The notes below the pieces were generated by a model. The model had not been told where the DNA came from. It made no database searches and saw only the letters and a list, made by a program, of their open reading frames with translations. A stretch of DNA of 64,000 bases, taken from assembly GCA_965219685.1 (NCBI GenBank), contig CBDCOH010000002.1:2880001-2944000 (forward strand), written 5' to 3'. Positions 8,823-18,776 of the stretch are shown here, piece by piece. Positions within the stretch are counted from its first letter, which is position 1, and every line of letters starts with the position of its first letter. The translations under genes and the position numbers were made by a program. This DNA comes from Candidatus Spongiisociaceae bacterium. Its GTDB lineage: Bacteria > Actinomycetota > Acidimicrobiia > Spongiisociales > Spongiisociaceae.

Positions 8823-9827
8823 CTAGCGCCCCGGCCCTAGATCCGGTTCCAAGAACCAGGGTTTCGATGGTGGAGAGTGATCGTAGAATCGTTCCCCCGG
8901 CTGCGCCGGTGACCACAAGGAATGATCGTCATCGCCGAACAGGCTCGTCAATCCCATAAACTCATTGTCCAGTCGTATCCGAATTCGACGTGCATCCTCA
9001 CGCATCTTCGGAAACTCTTCAGCGGCCTGCGCGTACACCGACCGCATAATTCGATCGCCCGCATCATTGTCCGTTGCGAAGATCATGTAGTAGATAATCT
9101 GCCCGCGTTCGTTCCGAACCTCGATGGCATGTGTCCACCGATAGCGGAGGTCAGTTTCGAGCCTCCATCTCATTAGATTGAGATACTCTTCTCGTGCCCG
9201 ATGAGGCTCGATTATGTTTCGTAAGCGTGCCAGGTATATGTGGCGCCAGTCAGTGGTACCGTACATCTGATCTATTGAGGCTGCGTCGCTCGGTCGTACT
9301 TCGCGTCCGTCAACTGGTAACACACGACTGAACATCGGTGGTGCAAATAACAGAAATAGCTCAGCCTTATACTTCCTTCCTCTCTTGAATTGGGCAAGGG
9401 CTTTGAGTGTAATCCACTTTGCCTCCATACCGTTCGGATCTATGAAGGCGAACGTAGGTGCCCAGTTGAACATCTGCAGTCGGTTCAACTCCATCGGGAT
9501 CAGTTCATTACAGTCTCCTCCAAACACTTGAAAGTCACGACCAGGATAGTCACGCCGCAGATATGCCTCCAATCTCGGAGCATTCGTTTTGGTTTCAAAG
9601 AACCGAAGTTTCGTGAAGGGAGGATCATCCACGGATAGGGCAATCGCTGCGGATCCTTCAAGCGGTTCGTTAGTAAGCCGGTCACGATTTGCCGGAATTC
9701 CGGCAAAGGCATCTATGTATATCGTTTCGGATGCCTTTAGCTTGGTTGCTGTCGTGAAGGCATCCAAGTATCGCCGTAGGATATCCAACTTTCCCTTAGT
9801 CCAGTAACCCCAGGCTCGTTCCGTCAT
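8823..9827 (-). CDS. tcmP: three-Cys-motif partner protein (methyltransferase-like)
   Basis: GYWT..KL..L..YL, YIDAFAG, GDCN, FIDPNG, YYMIFAT; adjacent to DUF5131; visibly lower GC than the flanks. Confidence 0.82.
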   Translation of the reverse strand: MTERAWGYWTKGKLDILRRYLDAFTTATKLKASETIYIDAFAGIPANRDRLTNEPLEGSAAIALSVDDPPFTKLRFFETKTNAPRLEAYLRRDYPGRDFQVFGGDCNELIPMELNRLQMFNWAPTFAFIDPNGMEAKWITLKALAQFKRGRKYKAELFLLFAPPMFSRVLPVDGREVRPSDAASIDQMYGTTDWRHIYLARLRNIIEPHRAREEYLNLMRWRLETDLRYRWTHAIEVRNERGQIIYYMIFATDNDAGDRIMRSVYAQAAEEFPKMREDARRIRIRLDNEFMGLTSLFGDDDHSLWSPAQPGERFYDHSPPSKPWFLEPDLGPGR

Positions 9828-9829
9828 GG

Positions 9830-10576
9830 CTAGTAAGCAACTCGCATCGGCATCTCATCGTGATGCCTACCATCTAGCTCCCTGCCGCCGGACTTAGGCG
9901 TACGCCCGCCCCACTGCTTGAAGAAGAAAGCTACATCCGCGATCCGACACTGATCGCGAAGATCGCGGACCCATGAGACATCCATGGGTCGGGCGTTCGG
10001 ACCACTCTCGCCACCTGCGATAAGCCAGTCGATGGACGACAGATTGAGATCGTGTAAAGGGCCTAGGAGAGGCTCGGCGCTGACAAACCGAACAACTGAG
10101 TCCACGCTGCGAAGGTGATTGATACGGAAGGCGTAGCGATCGCTCTCGACGCTCACACCCATCCATACGTTCGGTGGCCAATCCAGGTCGGAAGCGACGG
10201 ACTCGAGCCTCTTGGAGCGTTTGGTCAAGACCTGGTATGTGTGCCGCGGTGTGTCGGACATCACGGCGAAAACACGCTTGATGAAGTCCAAGGAGATGCC
10301 GGGATGGAACAGATCGCTCATCGAGTCTACGAATACAAGGCGAGGCGACCTCCACCTGTAGGGCACCTCTAAGGTTCCCTCATGCAATGTCAGGCCAAAG
10401 CCCGGACCGCTTGTCCTAGGATCTCCGTCGTTCTGGTACTTGGCCACACCCATCGCCTTGAGCCGTTTGGCGAGCGTCAGGGCGTAGCAGTTGTCACACC
10501 CAGCCGACACCCGGTCACAGCCGGTGGTGGGATTCCAGGTTGCGTCGGTCCACTCGATGCTTGACTGGTCGCTCAT
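9830..10576 (-). CDS. DUF5131 / phage Gp37-Gp68 family three-Cys protein (radical-SAM-like)
   Basis: IEWTDATWNPTTGC..VSAGCDNCYA, SMSDLFH, LTKR, SAEPLLG, GGESG, FFFKQWGG. Confidence 0.92.
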   Translation of the reverse strand: MSDQSSIEWTDATWNPTTGCDRVSAGCDNCYALTLAKRLKAMGVAKYQNDGDPRTSGPGFGLTLHEGTLEVPYRWRSPRLVFVDSMSDLFHPGISLDFIKRVFAVMSDTPRHTYQVLTKRSKRLESVASDLDWPPNVWMGVSVESDRYAFRINHLRSVDSVVRFVSAEPLLGPLHDLNLSSIDWLIAGGESGPNARPMDVSWVRDLRDQCRIADVAFFFKQWGGRTPKSGGRELDGRHHDEMPMRVAY

Positions 10577-10609
10577 GGTCCTTCTCCCAGGGGAACGTGA
10601 ACGTCTCGA

Positions 10610-10631
10610 AGCGTATCAATCAACTGTGACA
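10610..10631 (-). promoter_or_regulatory. RecA-NDp-like (PafBC-type) DNA-damage promoter
   Basis: minus strand TGTCAC-AGTTGATTGA-TACGCT about 34 nt upstream of the DUF5131 ATG. Confidence 0.6.
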
Positions 10632-10699
10632 GCGCCTAGGGGGACGCGCGCCGTCACCACGCAGCCTGCGTCACTCTGACGCAAGCTCCGGACCGGGGG

Positions 10700-11470
10700 T
10701 CACATGCTGGTGTAGCCGCCGTCGACCACCAGCACGGCGCCCGTGATGTAGGAGGCGGCCGGGGACGCCAGGAACACGGCGGCGCCCTGGATGTCCTCGG
10801 GACGGCCGGGCCGCCCCAAAGGGACTCTCCCCATGTGGTAGTCCCACACCTCCGGCCGGGCCTGCTGGGCGATGACCGGTGGGGTGAGCATGAACCCGGG
10901 GGCGATGGCGTTGACCCGGATCCCGTGATCGGCCCACTCCACCGCGAGGGATCGGGTCAGCATGATGAGGGCCGCCTTGGCCGAGTGGTAGGCCGCGTCC
11001 TGGTCGGGGTAGAGGGCTTGGAGACCGGCGATGCTGGCCATGTTGACGATGCAACCGGCCCCCCGCTCGGACATGGGTCGGAATGCGGCCTGGGAGAAGG
11101 CGAAGGGGCTGAACACGTCGACGTCGTAGATCCGGCGGAACCGGCGAGGATCAACGTCCTGCGCCGGACCCAATTCGCCTATCCCGGCGTTGTTGACGAG
11201 GATGTCGATGCCCCCCCAGGCGTCGACGACACGACCGACCGCGGCGGCGGGGACGCCGGCGCCCGCCACATCGGCCACGATCGTCAGGGCAGTCCCGCCG
11301 TCTCCCTCGATCTGTCCGGCCGCGTCGGCCGCCGCATCCGGATCCCGGTCGAGGATCGCCACCCGTGCACCATGCTCGGCCAGCGCCTCCGCGATGGCCC
11401 GGCCGAGGCCGCTGCCGGCCCCGGTGACGAGAGCCGCCTGGTCTCGAAGATCGAAACGGTCGCGAACCAT
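10700..11470 (-). CDS. SDR family oxidoreductase
   Basis: TGAGSGLG, NNAG, YHSAK, VNAIAPG, VDGG. Confidence 0.92.
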   Translation of the reverse strand: MVRDRFDLRDQAALVTGAGSGLGRAIAEALAEHGARVAILDRDPDAAADAAGQIEGDGGTALTIVADVAGAGVPAAAVGRVVDAWGGIDILVNNAGIGELGPAQDVDPRRFRRIYDVDVFSPFAFSQAAFRPMSERGAGCIVNMASIAGLQALYPDQDAAYHSAKAALIMLTRSLAVEWADHGIRVNAIAPGFMLTPPVIAQQARPEVWDYHMGRVPLGRPGRPEDIQGAAVFLASPAASYITGAVLVVDGGYTSM

Positions 11471-11617
11471 GGCCCTTATATAACAGGGGAGGTCGCGGAG
11501 CCGGATAGACTACCGGTGCCACAGCACCCGATGACGGCGCCATCTCGGATTGGCGCGGCAACGGGGTTGGGAAGAAGGTTGCCGGTCCTGGCAACACGTC
11601 ACCGGGGGTTACAACAC

Positions 11618-12259
11618 ATGCTCACATTTGTCGAGGAAATCATCCTTCTGCTGCTACGCGATGACGACGGGAAGTTCGTTCCGGTCTCGAGGTTGGCCAT
11701 GGACCGTGCCATCGCCGGCGCCGTCCTCATGGATCTCGCGATGGAGAACCGGATCGACACCGACCTGGAGAGCCTCCTGCTTATCGATGCCACCCCTGTC
11801 GGTGACCAGTTGCTGGACCCGACCCTGGCGGCGATCGAAGCGGGAGAAGGGCGTGACGCCCGCTTCTGGATCGAGCACACCGCGCAGCAGGCCACAGAGA
11901 TACGCGAGGCGGCTCTCGCCAGGCTCGTCGAGCGGGGGATCCTCGAGCAGCACGACGACCGATTCCTGTGGGTGTTCAGATCCCGCCGCTACCCGATGGT
12001 CGACGGTAAGGCCGAGCGGGAGGTGAAGCTCCGGATCATGGGAGTCCTGCTCAGCGACGAGATCCCCGATCCCCGCGACGTGGTGATCATCTGCCTGGCG
12101 GATGTCTGCGGACTCTTCCGCCAGATGCTCTCGAAGCGGGAACTCGACCAGGCCTCAGCCCGGATCGAGCAGGTGCGCAAGCTCGACCTGATCGGCCAAG
12201 CGGTGTCCCAGGCAATCCACGATATCGAGATCTCGATCGCGTCAGCAATGATCTACTAG
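11618..12259 (+). CDS. GOLPH3/VPS74 (GPP34) family protein
   Basis: LTFVEEIILL..DD.G, AGAVLMDLAM..RI, LV..GIL...FLWVF..RYP. Confidence 0.8.
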   Translation: MLTFVEEIILLLLRDDDGKFVPVSRLAMDRAIAGAVLMDLAMENRIDTDLESLLLIDATPVGDQLLDPTLAAIEAGEGRDARFWIEHTAQQATEIREAALARLVERGILEQHDDRFLWVFRSRRYPMVDGKAEREVKLRIMGVLLSDEIPDPRDVVIICLADVCGLFRQMLSKRELDQASARIEQVRKLDLIGQAVSQAIHDIEISIASAMIY

Positions 12260-12641
12260 CCCCAATTCTTCATGGATCGGAGTTTGTAGGGATCGATGGA
12301 GCGGGAGCTTTGGAGTCCTGACCTGGGATTACGGCTATCGGATAGCCTTGCCCCGGCGGCCGCGCGAGCCTAACCCGCCGGGGCAAGGGTGGCCCCTCCG
12401 GAATCATGAGGTTGAACTGGGCTGATGTACGTCGGTGTGCCGGGAACGTCAAGAGTCAGGGCTAGTGGCTGGTGGCTAAGGGCGACAGTCGGTAGCCACG
12501 AGAAGGTAGTATCGTCACTCTCGCGACCGGTATGGACCGGTAGAACCTGACGGAGGCGACAAGAGTGGTCTATCCGTCCAGGACCGTTCCCGTAGACGGT
12601 GACTTGCCAGCGACAGGTTGTAACCGGAGAGGAGGACTTGA

Positions 12642-12896
12642 ATGACCGGCCTAGTCCGTATTCTGCCTCGGCCGAGAGCCCCGTTCCTAGATGGAATGGC
12701 CCGACTGGTGGACATCGGATCCACCCTCGGTGCGCATAAGCGGTTGAACTCGCCTACAGCCGCAGATCTGTACGCTCTCCAAATGGACTCGGAAGCACTG
12801 CGCGGCGATTGGTCCATTGTCCGTCAAGATGCCCTCTTTGCTAAAGAGGAGTTCATCGCGGGAGTAATGGCGATGATCCCGACGCCTGCCGAGTAG
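12642..12896 (+). CDS. small hypothetical protein of the type found upstream of DUF2335 genes
   Basis: strong GAGGAGG RBS; FL.GMAR..D.G...AD..AL...DW..V pattern; lower GC. Confidence 0.6.
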   Translation: MTGLVRILPRPRAPFLDGMARLVDIGSTLGAHKRLNSPTAADLYALQMDSEALRGDWSIVRQDALFAKEEFIAGVMAMIPTPAE

Positions 12897-12913
12897 AGCC
12901 AAGATCTGTAATC

Positions 12914-13309
12914 GTGACCGATGATGTTCCGCGTCAGCCGGAAGACGCGGATACTCCGAAGGAAGTATCGATCTTAGCTACCCAGAGCTTTGAGTGGACG
13001 GGACCCCTTCCGCCTCCGCAAATACTTGAGGCCTATGGACAGCTCATACCGGACGCTCCAGCTAGGTTCATGATCGTCCTCGAACAACAGGTCGAGAACC
13101 GTCTGAGATTGGAACGTGCAGAGTCCCGGCGTGACACTTATGGGCTAATTGCGGCATTTGTCCTCGCGGCGGCCATCATCGTAGGTGGCATATACCTAAT
13201 CGCTACAGGACACGACTGGGCGGGGGGATCGATCATTACGGTCAACCTTGTGAGTCTCGTCGGTGTCTATGTCTATCGTTCCCGGAACGGCAGAAATCCT
13301 GAGGGGTAG
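12914..13309 (+). CDS. DUF2335 domain membrane protein
   Basis: GPLPPP..L..Y....PDAP.R followed by two C-terminal TM helices. Confidence 0.8.
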   Translation: MTDDVPRQPEDADTPKEVSILATQSFEWTGPLPPPQILEAYGQLIPDAPARFMIVLEQQVENRLRLERAESRRDTYGLIAAFVLAAAIIVGGIYLIATGHDWAGGSIITVNLVSLVGVYVYRSRNGRNPEG

Positions 13310-13314
13310 GCGGG

Positions 13315-14718
13315 ATGCGAGGGACGGATCGAGAACGGCGGGTCCATCCGTATATTCCTAACTCGGCACCCGGAGTTAGGAGCGAGATGCTCGACTACCT
13401 GGACCTCGACGACGTCTCGGAACTCTACGGGGCTATTCCCGCCGAGCTTCGCCTGGACAGGGCTCTCCGACTCCCGGAGGCGATCCTCTCGGAGCACGAT
13501 CTCAAGGCTCACGTTCTGGGCCTGCTCGAGGACGTGGTGAGCACGGAGGACTATGCGAGCTTCCTCGGAGGCGGATGCTGGAGGCACTTCGTTCCGGCGA
13601 TCTGCGACGAGATCAACAACCGTCGGGAGTTCGTGACCGCCTACGCCGGCGACGCGTACTCGGACCATGGCAAGCATCAGGCCTGGTTCGAGTGGCAGAG
13701 CCTGATGGGCGAACTTCTTGAGGCGGACTTCGTGTCCCTGCCCACCTATGACTGGATGGCCGCGACCTCCAGCGCCTTGCTGATGACCGCCCGCCTGACC
13801 GGGAGGAGCGAGGTGGTCGTCCCCCGCAACCTGAACCCAGAGAAGCTCTCCCACATGAGCAACTACTGCCGGGCAGGTCTCGAGGCCATCCGCACAGTGT
13901 CCTTCGACCCTTCCACCGGGGAGATCGACCTCGACCACCTCCGGGAGCAGTTGTCCGAGTCAACCGCCGCGGTGTACTTCGAGAATCCGACCTTCCTCGG
14001 CACGATCGAAGGACGGGCCCCCGAGATCGTGGAGGCGGCACACCAGGTAGGTGCCCTGTGCGTGGTTGGGGTCGACCCGATCTCGCTGGGGGTCCTCGCC
14101 CCGCCCGCGGCCTACGGGGCCGACCTGGTGGTGGGCGAGGTCCAGCCCCTCGGCGCCCACCTGCAGGCGGGCGGCGCGACTTGTGGATTCATCGCCGGCG
14201 ACGACGATCCCCGCTTCGCCGCGGAGTACCCGACCCTGCTGGAGACCATCACCACCACCGAGCGAGAAGGATCGTGGGGCTTCGGATGGGCTACGTTCGA
14301 ACGCACGTCGTTCACCAAGAGAGGCTTGTCGGATGACTTCACCGGGACCACCAGCGGCCTGTGGGCGATCACCGCAGCCGTCTACCTGGCGCTGCTGGGA
14401 CCCCACGGCATCCGGGAGGTGGGCGAGACGATCATGCAGAAGTCCCACTACACGAAGGCCTGTCTCGGGGAACTGCCCGGAGTGGATGTCGGGCCTACGG
14501 CCACCCCGTTCAAGGAATTCGTGGTCGACTTCACCGGAACCGGACGGACGGTTGCCGGGATCAACGGGGCGTTGCTAGAATCGGGGATCCTCGGCGGCCA
14601 GGACCTGTCGGCGGACTTCCCCGAACTGGGCCAGAGCGCCCTCTACTGCGTCACCGAGGTAACGCCGCTGGAACACATCGACCGGTTGACCGGGACGTTG
14701 GCGGAGATCGTCCGGTGA
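13315..14718 (+). CDS. gcvPA: glycine dehydrogenase (aminomethyl-transferring) subunit 1-like, divergent
   Basis: HPYIPNS, FLGGG.W.HFVP, EFVTAY, ENPTFLG, YGADLVVGEVQPLG. Confidence 0.85.
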   Translation: MRGTDRERRVHPYIPNSAPGVRSEMLDYLDLDDVSELYGAIPAELRLDRALRLPEAILSEHDLKAHVLGLLEDVVSTEDYASFLGGGCWRHFVPAICDEINNRREFVTAYAGDAYSDHGKHQAWFEWQSLMGELLEADFVSLPTYDWMAATSSALLMTARLTGRSEVVVPRNLNPEKLSHMSNYCRAGLEAIRTVSFDPSTGEIDLDHLREQLSESTAAVYFENPTFLGTIEGRAPEIVEAAHQVGALCVVGVDPISLGVLAPPAAYGADLVVGEVQPLGAHLQAGGATCGFIAGDDDPRFAAEYPTLLETITTTEREGSWGFGWATFERTSFTKRGLSDDFTGTTSGLWAITAAVYLALLGPHGIREVGETIMQKSHYTKACLGELPGVDVGPTATPFKEFVVDFTGTGRTVAGINGALLESGILGGQDLSADFPELGQSALYCVTEVTPLEHIDRLTGTLAEIVR

Positions 14719-16283
14719 CCGGCTCGGCCCCCCTCAGGGACGGTTTCCACGCCGCCAGGTGGTTGGAACCGCTCATAACGGAACTGGGAACGCCCGGCGA
14801 ACGGGGCGTGATCCCTCCCGCTGCCGAACCCGCCATCCGCGATGCGGTGGGAGATGTCCTCAAGTCGATCCCCACACGCTTGCGGCGGGCCCGGGCCCCG
14901 GAGCTTCCCGAACTGTCCCAGCCCCAGCTGCTGCGCCACTACCTGCGCCTCTCCCAAGAGACCCTGGGCGCGGCCGTGAACATCGACATCGGACTCGGCA
15001 CCTGCACGATGAAGTACAACCCGGTGGTCAACGACGTGGTCGGGAGCGATCCGAAAGTTACCCAGGTCCATCCCAACCAACCGCCCGAGACGATCCAGGG
15101 GCTGCTCCGGATCCTTCACGCCCTCGAGTCCCAGTTGTGCGAGATCTCCGGCATGGACGCGTTCAGCCTCCAACCTGCGGGAGGGGCAGCCGCCATCTTC
15201 ACCAACGCCTCGATCATGCGGGCCCACCACGAGCGCAACGGCGAGAGCGGGCGGCGGGACGAGATCATCACGACGGTGTTCTCCCACCCGGCCGACGCGG
15301 CCGGCCCGGCCACCGCCGGCTACAAGGTGATCACGCTTTATCCCGGCGACAACGGCTATCCCGACTTCGAGGCCCTGAGGGCTGCCGTCTCGGACCGGAC
15401 CGCCGGGCTGATACTCACCAATCCGGAGGACACGGGAATCTTCAACCCGAGGGTCCGCGACTACACGGAGGCGGTTCACGCCGCCGGAGGCGTGTGCGCC
15501 ATCGACCAGGCCAACGCCAACGGCACCCTCGGGATCACGAGGGCGAAGGAACTCGGGTTCGACCTGTGCCACTTCAACCTGCACAAGACGTTCTCCACCC
15601 CGCACAACTCCGAGGGACCGGCACTGGGCGCGGTCGGCGTGCGAGAGGAGTTCGCCCCGTACCTGCCCGTGCCGGTGATCACCCGCTCAGACGACGGTGG
15701 CTACCGGCTGGACTACGACCGGCCGCATTCGATCGGCAAGGTCAAGGGCTTCCTCGGCAATGTGGGAACCGCAGTCCGCGCCTACGCCTGGATCATGGCC
15801 CTCGGTGCGGACGGCCTGAGAACCGTCGCCGAGACCGCGGTGCTGAACAACAACTACCTGGCCAGGAAACTCGACGAGATAAGGGGCATCAGCGTGCCGT
15901 ACGGGGACACGGCCGGTTACCGGCTCCAGGAGGTTCGCTACAGCTGGGAACAACTCCACGAGGAGACCGGAGTCGGGACCAACGACGTGAAGAACCGGAT
16001 GCTGGACTACGGGGTCAACAGCTACTTCACCAGCCACGAACCCTGGTTGGTCGCCGAACCCTTCACCCCCGAGGCCGCAGAGTCCTACTCGAAGGAGGAC
16101 CTGGACGAGTACGCAGCAATCATCGCAAGGGTGGTCGAAGAGGCCTACACGGACCCGCAACGGGTCAGGTCGGGCCCCCGGCGGAGCTCGATCTCGGGGA
16201 TGGACGATGGTCCGCTGGTCGACCCGGCACAGGTCGTCACCACGTGGAGGGCTTGGAAGAAACGACTGAGTGGTGAGTGGTGA
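14715..16283 (+). CDS. gcvPB: glycine dehydrogenase subunit 2-like, divergent
   Basis: LRHYLRLSQ, GTCTMKYNP, TNPEDTG, NLHKTFSTPH PLP-lysine motif; GTGA overlap with gcvPA. Confidence 0.87.
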   Translation: MTGSAPLRDGFHAARWLEPLITELGTPGERGVIPPAAEPAIRDAVGDVLKSIPTRLRRARAPELPELSQPQLLRHYLRLSQETLGAAVNIDIGLGTCTMKYNPVVNDVVGSDPKVTQVHPNQPPETIQGLLRILHALESQLCEISGMDAFSLQPAGGAAAIFTNASIMRAHHERNGESGRRDEIITTVFSHPADAAGPATAGYKVITLYPGDNGYPDFEALRAAVSDRTAGLILTNPEDTGIFNPRVRDYTEAVHAAGGVCAIDQANANGTLGITRAKELGFDLCHFNLHKTFSTPHNSEGPALGAVGVREEFAPYLPVPVITRSDDGGYRLDYDRPHSIGKVKGFLGNVGTAVRAYAWIMALGADGLRTVAETAVLNNNYLARKLDEIRGISVPYGDTAGYRLQEVRYSWEQLHEETGVGTNDVKNRMLDYGVNSYFTSHEPWLVAEPFTPEAAESYSKEDLDEYAAIIARVVEEAYTDPQRVRSGPRRSSISGMDDGPLVDPAQVVTTWRAWKKRLSGEW

Positions 16284-16385
16284 ATGGTGAGTCGTGAATG
16301 GTGAATGGTGAATGGTGAGTCGTGAATGGTGAATGGTGAATGGTGAATAGTGAATAGGGAAGGGCCACCACCAGCCACCAACTAG
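16268..16385. repeat. heptamer array, 13 units of GAATGGT/GAGTGGT/GAGTCGT and variants, followed by short inverted C/A-rich units
   Basis: read directly; the array supplies the gcvPB stop codon. Confidence 0.95.
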
Positions 16386-16394
16386 GGTCGGCCC

Positions 16395-17501
16395 ATGAAG
16401 ATCACCTCCGTGGACGTCTGGCCGGTGAGCATCCCGTTCGTAAAGCCCTTCGAGGTGTGGAGGGGGGTGGCCCGGACCAAGGACCACGTCATCGTGGAGG
16501 TGCACACCGACGAGGGGATCAGCGGGATCGGCGAGGCCTCACCGTTCCTCTACTACGCGGCCGAGACCCAGGAGGATGTGGTCGCGACGTTGACCAACCA
16601 CCTGGCCCCGATGGTCCGGGGCTTGGACCCTTTCGACACCGAGAGGCTGAACAGGCTGTTCGACACGGTCGTGGACGGTCACCAGTTCTCGAAGGCCGCC
16701 GTCGAGATGGCCCTGTGGGACATCGTCGGCAAGGCCCTCGGAGTACCCGTCTACCGGCTGCTCGGGGGCAAGGTCAGGGACGCGGTGGAGGTGATCGCGC
16801 TCCTTGACAACGGGCCCCCAGCGGCGATGGCCGCCCAGGCCGCCGACCGGGTCGAGGCCGGCTACCGGCACCTGAAGGTGAAGATCGGATTCGATCCCGC
16901 CACCGACGTGGCAATGGTGACCGCGGTGGTCGGCGCGGTGGGTCGATCGGTTTCGGTGCGGGTCGACGCTGAGGAGAGCTACGACCTCAAGACCTCCCTG
17001 CGGATCGCGCGCCGGCTGGAGGAGTTGGAGGTGGAGTTGCTATCCCAGCCGATCTCCCGCCACCACCACCGGCAGATGGCTCGGCTACGGGAGGCGATCT
17101 CGATCCCGTTGCTCGTGGACGAGAGCATCGAGATACCCGCCGACGTGATGCTGGCCACCGAACTCGGCACCGGTGACCTGGTCAACATCAAGGTAGTGAA
17201 GTGCGGCGGGATCCTCAAGGCCAAGCGGATGGCAGCCATCGCCGAAGGGGCCGGGATGGACTGCCTGGTCGGCAGCATGATCGAGATGGGCCCCGGAACC
17301 GTCTGCGGGGCCCATGTGGCCATCTCGACCCCGAACGTCACCTATGCCAGCGAGTTGGTGGGGCCTCAGATGATCGCCGACGACGTGCTGGTCGACCCCA
17401 TCGAGATCCACCAGGGGAGGATCCAACTCCCTGACCGGCCCGGGCTGGGAGTGGAGTTGGACAGGGAGCGGCTGGCCCGGTACGCGACCACCGCGTCCTG
17501 A
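16395..17501 (+). CDS. enolase-superfamily enzyme (muconate-lactonizing enzyme / dipeptide epimerase subgroup)
   Basis: G.GEA, AAVEMALWDIVGK, KVK, DES, NIKVVKCGG, RPGLG. Confidence 0.87.
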   Translation: MKITSVDVWPVSIPFVKPFEVWRGVARTKDHVIVEVHTDEGISGIGEASPFLYYAAETQEDVVATLTNHLAPMVRGLDPFDTERLNRLFDTVVDGHQFSKAAVEMALWDIVGKALGVPVYRLLGGKVRDAVEVIALLDNGPPAAMAAQAADRVEAGYRHLKVKIGFDPATDVAMVTAVVGAVGRSVSVRVDAEESYDLKTSLRIARRLEELEVELLSQPISRHHHRQMARLREAISIPLLVDESIEIPADVMLATELGTGDLVNIKVVKCGGILKAKRMAAIAEGAGMDCLVGSMIEMGPGTVCGAHVAISTPNVTYASELVGPQMIADDVLVDPIEIHQGRIQLPDRPGLGVELDRERLARYATTAS

Positions 17502-17503
17502 AG

Positions 17504-18613
17504 GTGGCAGGGCCGGGCCGGCTCGGGCTGGTGGTCAATCCCTGGGCCGGGATCGGAGGGCCGGTCGGCCTCAAGGGCTCGGACGGGTCCGCCACACGGG
17601 ACCGGGCCCTCCGGCTCGGCGCGGCGCCCGTCGCGCCCGGGCGCGCCCTGCAGATGCTGGCGGCCCTGAAGTCGTCGGATCCGCCGCCGCTGATCACGTA
17701 CCCGGCCGAGATGGGGGCTGACAAGGCTGCCGAGGCCGGGTTGGACCATAGGGTGCTGGGATCTATCGAGGCAGGCGCCACCACCGCGGAGGACACGATG
17801 CGTGCTGCCGCCGAGCTCAGGACCTCCGGGGTCGAGCTCCTCGCCTTCGTAGGCGGCGACGGGACCGCCCGTGACGTGCTCGACGCGGTCGGCACCGAGG
17901 TTCCGGTCATCGGGGTTCCCGCCGGTGTGAAGATGCACTCCAGCGTGTTCGCCCTCAATCCGAGGAGGGCGGCCGACGTCATAACCGCCTACCTCCACGG
18001 CCGGACCGGGACCCGGCCGGGCGAGGTCATGGACATCGACGAGGATCTGGCCAGGGCCGGCCGGTTGTCGGCAGAGCTGCACGGTTACCTGCAGGTGCCC
18101 GACCAGCCCCGCCTCGTCCAGGGCCCCAAGAGCCCTTCGCGCCGGAGTGGCGAAGCGTCGGGCATCGCCCGGCGGATGGTGGAGGAGATGGACCCGGAGA
18201 CCTGCTACATCCTGGGGCCGGGAACCACTATTAGGGCGATCACCGACGCGATGGGCATCGACAAGACCCTGCTGGGGGTGGACGCGGTGTACCGGGGAGG
18301 GCTGGTGGGTCGTGACCTGGCCGAGTACCAACTGCTGGAGCTGGCGGACGCCTACCCCTGCAAGGTGGTGGTCGCCGCGGTCGGAGGCCAGGGTTACGTG
18401 CTCGGCCGGGGCAACCAGCAGATCAGCCCGGAAGTGATAGGAAAGGTCGGTGCCGCCAACATCATGATCCTGGCCACGACGGAGAAGCTGGCCGCGCTGA
18501 CCGGGCCGCTGCGGGTCGACACCGGTGACCCGGAGTGCGACCGGTCCCTCACCGGATACCGCCGGGTGATCACCGGACCCGACCAGGACTCGGTGGTCAG
18601 GGTGGAGGCTTAG
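17504..18613 (+). CDS. ATP-NAD kinase family protein (COG3199-like)
   Basis: VNP.AGIGG.VGLKGSDG, GGDGTARD, GVPAGVKMHS, GRGNQQIS, VDTGD. Confidence 0.85.
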   Translation: MAGPGRLGLVVNPWAGIGGPVGLKGSDGSATRDRALRLGAAPVAPGRALQMLAALKSSDPPPLITYPAEMGADKAAEAGLDHRVLGSIEAGATTAEDTMRAAAELRTSGVELLAFVGGDGTARDVLDAVGTEVPVIGVPAGVKMHSSVFALNPRRAADVITAYLHGRTGTRPGEVMDIDEDLARAGRLSAELHGYLQVPDQPRLVQGPKSPSRRSGEASGIARRMVEEMDPETCYILGPGTTIRAITDAMGIDKTLLGVDAVYRGGLVGRDLAEYQLLELADAYPCKVVVAAVGGQGYVLGRGNQQISPEVIGKVGAANIMILATTEKLAALTGPLRVDTGDPECDRSLTGYRRVITGPDQDSVVRVEA

Positions 18614-18776
18614 TGGTCCCGCCGAAGGGTGACTCGCCGTCGCCTGCTTGCCGTCGACGCCCCTCGGTGCGTTCCTCCTCCTCAACGTACGCTTCCGGTA
18701 CGCCGTCGCCGGCGGGCATCGGGAGGACCGCCGCCGGTGGCGCACGTCGCACCGCCACTTCACCGAGAGACCACTA

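Noticed and set aside
8750-10700. Target-site duplication around the DUF5131-TcmP cassette
   Set aside because: Only short imperfect matches (AGCGCC, CCTAG) that could be chance
12270-13314. Glycine riboswitch before gcvPA
   Set aside because: No GGAGA..CCGAAG..CUCUCAGG aptamer pattern; the region is occupied by the DUF2335 cassette
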